Positions 54,538-64,000 of a stretch of DNA of 64,000 nt are shown piece after piece. The stretch lies in NCBI RefSeq assembly GCF_009914755.1, contig NC_060927.1. The stretch is one strand, 5' to 3'. Each line of letters begins with the position of its first letter. Position 1 is the first letter of the stretch. The translations under genes were made by a program, and so were the position numbers. The stretch is from the human T2T-CHM13v2.0 reference genome, Homo sapiens. The notes beneath the pieces are model-generated. The model had not been told where the DNA came from and ran no database searches. It worked only from the letters and a program-made list of their open reading frames with translations.

Positions 54538-55273
54538 TCTGAGTGACTTGAACGCTAACTTTAGCTCTGCTGCTGAGGTAACTAGCCGAAGGCAAGTCAT
54601 TCCTACTTTTTGAGTTTCATTTTTTCTACAAGGAGTCAAGAGTTGGATTTGTTGACCATTAACATCACTTCAGGATCTTTTAATCTATGAGTCCCTCAGC
54701 TACACAGCCTGTGACTTATAAGGTCATCTGCTTGGCAGTCCCAACCATCTGGAACAATCTCTTTTTTTTGAAACAAGGTCTTACTATGTTGCCCAGCCTG
54801 GTCTCAAACTCCTGAGCTCAAGCATTCCTCCCACCTCAGCCTCCTGAGTATGGAGCAGTCTTAAGTAGCAAGAATTAAATTCTTAGGCCTTTAAACAAGC
54901 AGGATAGATGTTTCAGTCAAAGTGAAGTAATGTTTATGGACTTTACTCAAAAGAGAACCTCTCAGGCCTTCTCTTGAACCTCTCAAATTTTGCTTAAAAG
55001 CACAGTCCTAGTAAACTCGCCTCATTGGACGAACAAGAATTGCAGAGGTGTGATTGTTTTGAAGCTGGATAATAATGAGTACATGAGGTCTCATGCTATT
55101 CTGTTTGCTTTGTTTCTATTTGGAATTTTTCATATTAAAAAATTAAAGCCCATTTAGTTCTAATAGTTAAGTGACTGCCACATTTCTTGTTTTTTAGAAA
55201 ATTGATCTGTTTAATTTCAAATTTTAATTGTTAAAATAACAAACTTTGCAGTAACAGAGTCTCTTTTTGGCAG

Positions 55274-55367
55274 CCATGAAGAACTGTACTCAAGTCGCCC
55301 TTATGGAGCCCTTGATTCAGGCTTCAATAGTGTGGACAGTGGTGATAAGAGATGGTCAGGGAATGAA
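55274..55367 (+). CDS. LRCH3: LRCH3 exon 7, 94 nt (HEELYSSRPYGALDSGFNSVDSGDKRWSGNE)
   Basis: ggcag acceptor, gtaagt donor; LRCH-family DSGFNSVDSG...RWSGNE motif. Confidence 0.95.
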
Positions 55368-56700
55368 GTAAGTGTTTTTTATGTTCCGTGTGTTATAACA
55401 CCTGATTAAGAGAAAACAGAATGATGAAAATGAAAAGCGTCTTAACTGGATTCAGTTTCTCACTACATAAAATACAGAAAAGTCAAGGTGGAGGCAAGAT
55501 TCCCACCCTCTCCAGCAGAATTGGCATTCTGCGTCCTTACCGGCTTTCTGTCACGTGGATTTCCGCCTGTTTCCTCATTGCCTCATGGAAATAGTTTCAT
55601 ATCATAGAAAGGCAAACAGGAGCTGAGCCAGTTGAAACTGAAGCCTACAATCTGAGGTGGGGGGTAATCTCGAGCAGAGGTGCTAGATGGTGAGAAAACA
55701 AGTAGGACTTTCGGCTGATGGGTAGAGACAAGGACCTTAGTAAAGAGTATTCATGTGCTCAAGAGGAATAACTTCCTGGCTAATTCTGTCGTTTTTCTCG
55801 TTTTTAAATTATTGATATTATGTTTTCTGCTCTTAAAAATTACTGTGTCCACAGAGGTCTACAGAAGAAAAAAAGTAAAAAAATAAATAAAAATTACTAA
55901 TGTGTAATATTTTAGCTATGCATTAAGTTATTAAGTAAACTTTTGTTAGCAAGACTGATAACCTACTATTTATAACATTGTTTTACTGTGAATTGAAACC
56001 AAATTAATTTTAGACCACATCCCGTTTGAAATTTGGAATTACTTGTGTTTGTATGTCTTGGTGGGTGGGTTCATAAATGTGGCTGTATCAATACAGATAT
56101 ATATGTAGATATTTTAAATCTATATATATATAATTTATGGAGTCATGAATCTTTTATATTTTTTGAGACAGAGTCTTGCTCTTTCACCCAGGCTGGAGTG
56201 CAGTGGCACGACCATGGCTCAAGCAGTCCTCCCACCTAAACCTCCTGAGTAGCTGGGACTACAGGCTTATGCCACCATGCCTGGCTAATTAAAAAAAATT
56301 TTTTTTTAGAGACATGCTCTCCCTATATTGCCCAGGCTAGTCTCAAACTCCTGGGCTTGTCATTCCCATCTTGGTCTCCCAAAGTGTTGGGATTATAGGC
56401 ATCAGCCACCACTCCAGACCAGATTTTTATTTTTTTGAAATAGGATCTCGCTTTGTCGCACAGGCTGGAGTGCAGTGGTGGAATCCTATCTCATTGCAGC
56501 CTCGAACTCCTGGGCTGAAGCGATCGTCTCGCCTCAACATCCCAAGTATTAGGATTACAGGCATGTGTGAGCACATCTAGCTAATTTACTCCTGGCCTCA
56601 AGTGATCCTCCTGCTTTGGTCTCCCAAAGCGCATGGATTACAGGCATGATCTGCCAGGCTCTAAAATGATTGTTTTTAATGTTTCTGCTTCTTTTTTAAG

Positions 56701-56821
56701 CCTACAGATGAATTTTCAGATCTGCCTCTTCGAGTAGCAGAGATTACTAAAGAACAAAGACTACGAAGAGAAAGCCAGTACCAAGAGAACCGCGGCAGTT
56801 TGGTAGTAACAAACGGCGGAG
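56701..56821 (+). CDS. LRCH3: LRCH3 exon 8, 121 nt (PTDEFSDLPLRVAEITKEQRLRRESQYQENRGSLVVTNGG)
   Basis: ttttttaag acceptor, G/gtaaac donor. Confidence 0.94.
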
Positions 56822-57674
56822 GTAAACATAATTCCGGTGACAGCTAAAGTGTTTGCAACCATTTAACTTTTTAAAGTTGTCTTTTTCATACCCACTCCTT
56901 TTGTTGGTGTATCTATAGCTTCTTCACTCTTCTTTTAAAGACTTCTTTTCATATATGATTGAAAAATACTATTTTCCATTGGGATGAAACTATGATTTCT
57001 GGTTTCAGTCAGAGTTAAAATACACTATTTCTCCCTTGTTTTTATTTTGGGAGGAAACTTTATTAGAGACAGTACACCTGGAGCAGATCTTTGTTAATCT
57101 GGATTTAATCACGACCTTTTGAAGTAACATTCTCCCTTTTTAAGATTCTTGCTGTGGTCATTATTTGATCTCTTTTAGGAATTTAGTCCTTTTTTTTTTT
57201 TTTTTCAGTGTTTACCTTTTCTTCACCTGGAATTGTCAGATGCTCTTCAAAGTCATCTGAATCACAGTTTTCCTTATTCTGACATTAAAAAATTTGTAGT
57301 TCATTAGCAAGCAGCACTCTCTCTACTTGCTTATACTTCCGAAGCAGACTCTTGATTTTCGCATTCAATTCTGTATTGCTTGAATTGGTTTGAATTTAAT
57401 GTTTAATGTTTAATTTCATATTTAAATTTTGAGGGCCAGTTATAATGGAAAATAACTTTGATTTTCCAGAAACCTATTGCTTATCCGAGGAGAGCTTTCA
57501 TTTCTCAGTGACGATTTCAATTAAATGGTTTGCTGTCCTTTTCCTTACCATCTTAGATTCTTTACTCCTGTCGTTACCATTTCATTTACATTTCAGTAGT
57601 TGTCTTTTAAGTGTTTCTCTCATATGAGGTATCTTTCTCCATCAGTTTATTTAAGACTTAAAATAATGTTGAGA

Positions 57675-58322
<648 letters not shown>

Positions 58323-59369
58323 TCTAGATTGGATGAAGAAGTAAAGTTACTTTCTTCAGAAATCGTCTTAATATAAACCATTAATTTAGTCAGAAAAGTT
58401 TTAGCACATTTAAAAAATGCATTTATGTACCTGGTTTCTAATGTGGATGTAAACTTAGAACCTTTTCATCTTTTTTAGCTATTAATAAAACTCTAATAAC
58501 TCAAAATTCAATTTTATATTAATTGTAGTCACAGAATTATTTGTCAATAATTGAGTCAGAAGACTAAATTGAGAAATAGGCTTCCCCAAGTTCACTGTTC
58601 CAGCAACTGCGATTTTTAGGCAGCCTGTAGAACGTCATGAAGTAACGGGTTGTGGTTTAATGCATCTCTGGAAAAACTATCTTAGTAGGAAGTTTTTTTT
58701 TCTAGTGTGCCATTTTAAGTAGTTGTTTCATTACTTTTAAACTTAAAAATAATGGGGGATTCCCAAACTTAGCAGATGAACAAGATGTGGCTAAAAATAA
58801 TTTATATACGTCTCCTCACCCTAAAGCATTTTGAGAAGAAGAAACTCCTCAAATGAATCCCTTCCCATCCATAAACTATTATAAAATATCTACATTGCTG
58901 ACCTCTAGCAGATAGTTTTCCAAATAGGACAATCTTTGTTCTGATCTTTTTTGTTTCTGCTTAATTGACAACAATTACAGGAAGGGAGATAGTAGTCAGA
59001 AACTCTTTCTTTCTCGAGTCCAGTTTACTCCTACCTTTTCTCTTTTTTGTGTGTGGCCTTTGACTTTCTCTTGAGTTGACTGTGTTCGGTTTTCCACCTG
59101 CCATCTCCTCACGGAGATATTAAGCCCCAGACCTAAAACACGAAAACACAAAGATGCACCTTTCAGTCTTTAAAAATTGGTCTTCGCTCTTTGTCTCACA
59201 AACTGAAACTACTGTGTTTAAAACAGTAAGGAGCTGTCCAAAGAAAAATGGTAGAGGTCTCTATTTCAATAATTATCATCAATTGCTACATTCTTTAGTG
59301 AACTAGGACTAAGGTTTTCTGGAGCCTATTTTTGTGAGTGGCCATGAACTAAATAATAAACACTTGTGT

Positions 59370-59987
<618 letters not shown>

Positions 59988-60179
59988 TTGGACATAAAAT
60001 GGGTTAAAAAAAAAAAAAAAAAAAGACTTAAGTAATTTAAAGTTTTTATCATCCCTCCCACTTTCAAAATAGAAAATCATGGGGAAAAGGAAATAAGTAA
60101 ATGTCTTTTATTGGCTATCTAATTTGAATGTTTTTTTCTGGTGTGTGTGTGTGTGTGGGTGTGTGTGTGGTGTATACAG

Positions 60180-60328
60180 TGGAACATGATCTGGATCAGA
60201 TTGACTACATAGACAGCTGCACCGCAGAGGAAGAGGAGGCCGAGGTGAGACAGCCCAAGGGACCAGACCCAGACAGCCTTAGTTCACAGTTTATGGCGTA
60301 TATTGAACAGCGGCGAATCTCTCATGAG
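60180..60328 (+). CDS. LRCH3: LRCH3 exon 9, 149 nt (EHDLDQIDYIDSCTAEEEEAEVRQPKGPDPDSLSSQFMAYIEQRRISHE)
   Basis: tacag acceptor, GAG/gtagta donor; alternative in-frame donor after 60244. Confidence 0.9.
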
Positions 60329-61205
60329 GTAGTACACAGATTGAAGCCTAAATATGTTGCTATCCCTTCATAAAAATAATTCATAATAGTATAAAGTTTT
60401 GTTATATCAGTGATTTGTTGACTGAAGCCTAATTGTTTTCATTATGTTCACTTCTGATTTCAGTCCTGAGTTTTTCAGATTTATTCAGAAAACTCAGACA
60501 GCAGCCTCAAGTAGGCTTTAGGTTTATTTTTCAAACAAGAAGAAAGATTTCAGAATTTTGCAGGAGGAATAAAAGAAGTCTAGGTACTGTTAAGGCCTTG
60601 GAAGAAAGTACAAAGAAAAATACAGTGATGCTTTTCATTGTTGTTTTTATTGCTTTTTTATTGTTACTAACTGATAAATCATAGTTTGGTCAGTAGTTAA
60701 TTAACAGTTAAACCAAAAAGTTGACTTTTGTGGCAACATGCAGACTTAACCATAGAATTTTTATAATATGCTGAATTATATTGGAGCTTTTGTGCTAAGT
60801 CACACAGAATGTAAATTGTTTGCTATTAAAGTTCTTGGGTATCTCTTAAGTGGAGCATTGAATTGCCTTAGAAAACAAATGTGCATTCAGCCCACTACAG
60901 AATCTCTGCCAATTCCCCAAGGGTCTCAGATAGAATAGCATTCTTCAGTCTATCTTGTCAGCATAATAAAATGGCTTCACTTTAGTGGATGTGATGTTGA
61001 TGTCTGGAGCTGGTTTCAGGCTCTGAGCAGTGATTATTTGAGAAACACTTGGGCCCTTTTAGAGAATGATGTATTATCCTTTTAGAAATAGAGAAGAATC
61101 TCTTTGGTCTGAGACAGCTAAAAGGAAAGAAAAAAAAAGAAATAGAGAATAATCATTTCAAGTGGGACATGTTGTAGAGTGATATTATCATTCTTTATTT
61201 AATGA

Positions 61206-61541
<336 letters not shown>

Positions 61542-62333
61542 TGAACACCGTATTTTTTGTTGGTAAAGAGACACACTTGTATTTAAAGTTGGATAAAATT
61601 AGATAAGTCAAAGTCCTACAGCCCAGAGATGGCAGTGTACTAGGTGACTGATGAAACTACTTGTTGAGGCTGCTGGAGCAAGGGGCAACTAACTATTTTG
61701 CAATAAAATTAAAAATGACACATTATAATCCTTAAAGGAATTCATTTTCTTTTTTCCTGGTCTTTCTCTTTGATCATGTTATGGTTACTTAGGCTGTATA
61801 AATGGAGTATCTCTACTAAAAGTGAAAATGCCTATTATACTACTATAAAAAAATAGTATTTCTTTAATTCATTGTATTGTTTTGTAATAATATTTTTAAA
61901 ATTCTGGCTGCCTGTTACGTATGGTAGTCTTTATGACTTCTGTGTCATAAAGCTTTCGTAAAATTTAGCATCTGTGAAAATGTGATGAGGCAGCATTATT
62001 TTAGATGGTTTCACAACCAGTGAAGTATCTTTTTATTTTCCTGAACACTATCTAAAAATGGAATGTTAAAAACTAACCTATGTGAGGTGTTAAACACTCT
62101 ACTATTATTTAATTTTATTATAATACTTGTCACATACATAGACCATTCCTGTCTGAACATGGTATGATTTTTTTTTTAATTAAACCAATGTCACATTCAT
62201 TTTGTCATGAAAATTTCGTGTGCCTCTTAGAATAATTTTAGATAATTGCAGTATCATAAAACTAGGATGGGGCTGGACATGGTGGCTCACACCTGTAATC
62301 CCAGCACTGTGGGAGGCCAAGGCAGGTGGATCA

Positions 62334-62624
<291 letters not shown>

Positions 62625-63826
62625 TTATTGTTTAAAGTGGTGTAGCTTGGCCTGGTGGCTCCTTCCTGTAGTCTCAGCCACTCGGGAGGCTGAAGTAGGA
62701 AGACTGCTTGAGCCCGGCAGTTTGAGGCCGGCCTGGGCCACATAGCGACACTCTGTCTCCAGATAAGCAAAAATTTTAAAATGGTGTCTTCACTAAAATT
62801 AGAGAAATTATTTTTGCATCAGAGTTGTAGAATTGTAGTTTATTATTTGGGATCTCATGTCCAGACTTTAAGACAGTCAGTTGTTAGCCCTTTGAAGTAA
62901 CTCACCAAAAGTTTCTAATGATGTGTGATATACCTATTTCTTGGAGGTAGATGCTATTTCTTGGAAGTAGATGGTAAGTAGTTTTATGTTTGATTTGTAG
63001 ATATCCTTTTTGGGAAAGTTGTTTTCTTATTTTTCCCTTGATGAATAACCATTTTGATGATTATTTTTGGTGTTGAAACAAGATTGTATTGCTTCTATAG
63101 GTTTTCCTTTGATAACCTTTAATCCTCTACCTTTGATTTATAATTTTATTTTTCAGTGCGTGGTCTGTATTTTAAACCAGTTTAATTTTCCTCAGTAATA
63201 CTTTTTGAAAATGACGTTTTACTCTTTGGTTTGTAGATAAGTAAAATTGCCAATAATATTTTCCTTTTAAATACGGTATTTTACCATAAATAGAAATTAC
63301 TTTTTGTTTTGTCTTGATATTCACCGACACACTCAAGACTGTTTGTATGAGTATGATAAGAGACAATTTGTTGTGATGGATAAATAAAGAAATGTAACCT
63401 GCCCAGTGAACTCACTATTACCAGAAATATTCAAGAGAAACTGAGCAAATGTTAGGGTAGGGTAGGTGGGAATTTCTGTCCTAAATGGAAGTCTGTTAGT
63501 GACCTCTTCGGTTCCTTTCTAATTCTAACATCTTATTATTCAGTAAATATTACTGTGCTTGGTCACTGTAATGTATATAATACAGTGAGAAGGAAATCTA
63601 CTTTCTTATAAAATAAAATAAATGTTTGTGGATTGTGAATGTTTTTGTTTATTAAAGCAGCAGTATAGCATATGATGCTTTTAAACTTAAAGTTTACATT
63701 TGAAGAGTCTATTAAAATGTTTTTTAGTGTAATATATAAATTAAATGACAAATTGGATGTGAACTGTGTAATCGCAGTGTTCTGGATTAATATACTAAAT
63801 TTATTTATTTCTGTCCTCTGGCCTAG

Positions 63827-63903
63827 GGTTCACCAGTAAAGCCAGTAGCCATTAGGGAGTTTCAAAAAACAGAAGATATGAGAAGATATTTACATCAAAA
63901 CAG
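63827..63903 (+). CDS. LRCH3: LRCH3 exon 10, 77 nt (GSPVKPVAIREFQKTEDMRRYLHQN); gene continues beyond the window
   Basis: ctctggcctag acceptor, AG/gtttga donor; phase 0 matches exon 9. Confidence 0.88.
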
Positions 63904-64000
63904 GTTTGAAAAACCAATTCTACTTAATTTGTTTCTGTCTTAATCATGAGAGCATAAAGTAATTTTGGTTTTATGCAGATCTGTGTGTAATAAAGATGTT

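Overview
Alu-dense human/great-ape genomic DNA that I recognise from the translated exons as the FYTTD1 (UIF)-LRCH3 locus (human 3q29, from recall). All genes are on the + strand. The window holds the last three coding exons and long 3' UTR of FYTTD1 (to about 8.7 or 12 kb), a CpG-island promoter at about 15.5-16.3 kb, and LRCH3 coding exons 1-10 (15661-63903), with canonical GT-AG junctions and consistent phases. The rest is Alu, L1, MaLR LTR, MIR and MER DNA-transposon remnants plus many local tandem repeats; only a selection of the several dozen Alus is listed, and repeat boundaries and subfamilies are approximate. Almost all track ORFs are repeat artefacts. I see no convincing wholly new gene system. 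The best leads concern RNA processing: (1) a 20 x 23-bp minisatellite made of the LRCH3 exon-5 splice donor itself; (2) a GU tract replacing the polypyrimidine tract at exon 9, next to a tail-to-tail Alu hairpin and two in-frame donors; (3) an exon 2-4 back-splice candidate with a stop-free circular ORF; (4) an inverted-Alu long 3' UTR of FYTTD1. All of these are hypotheses.
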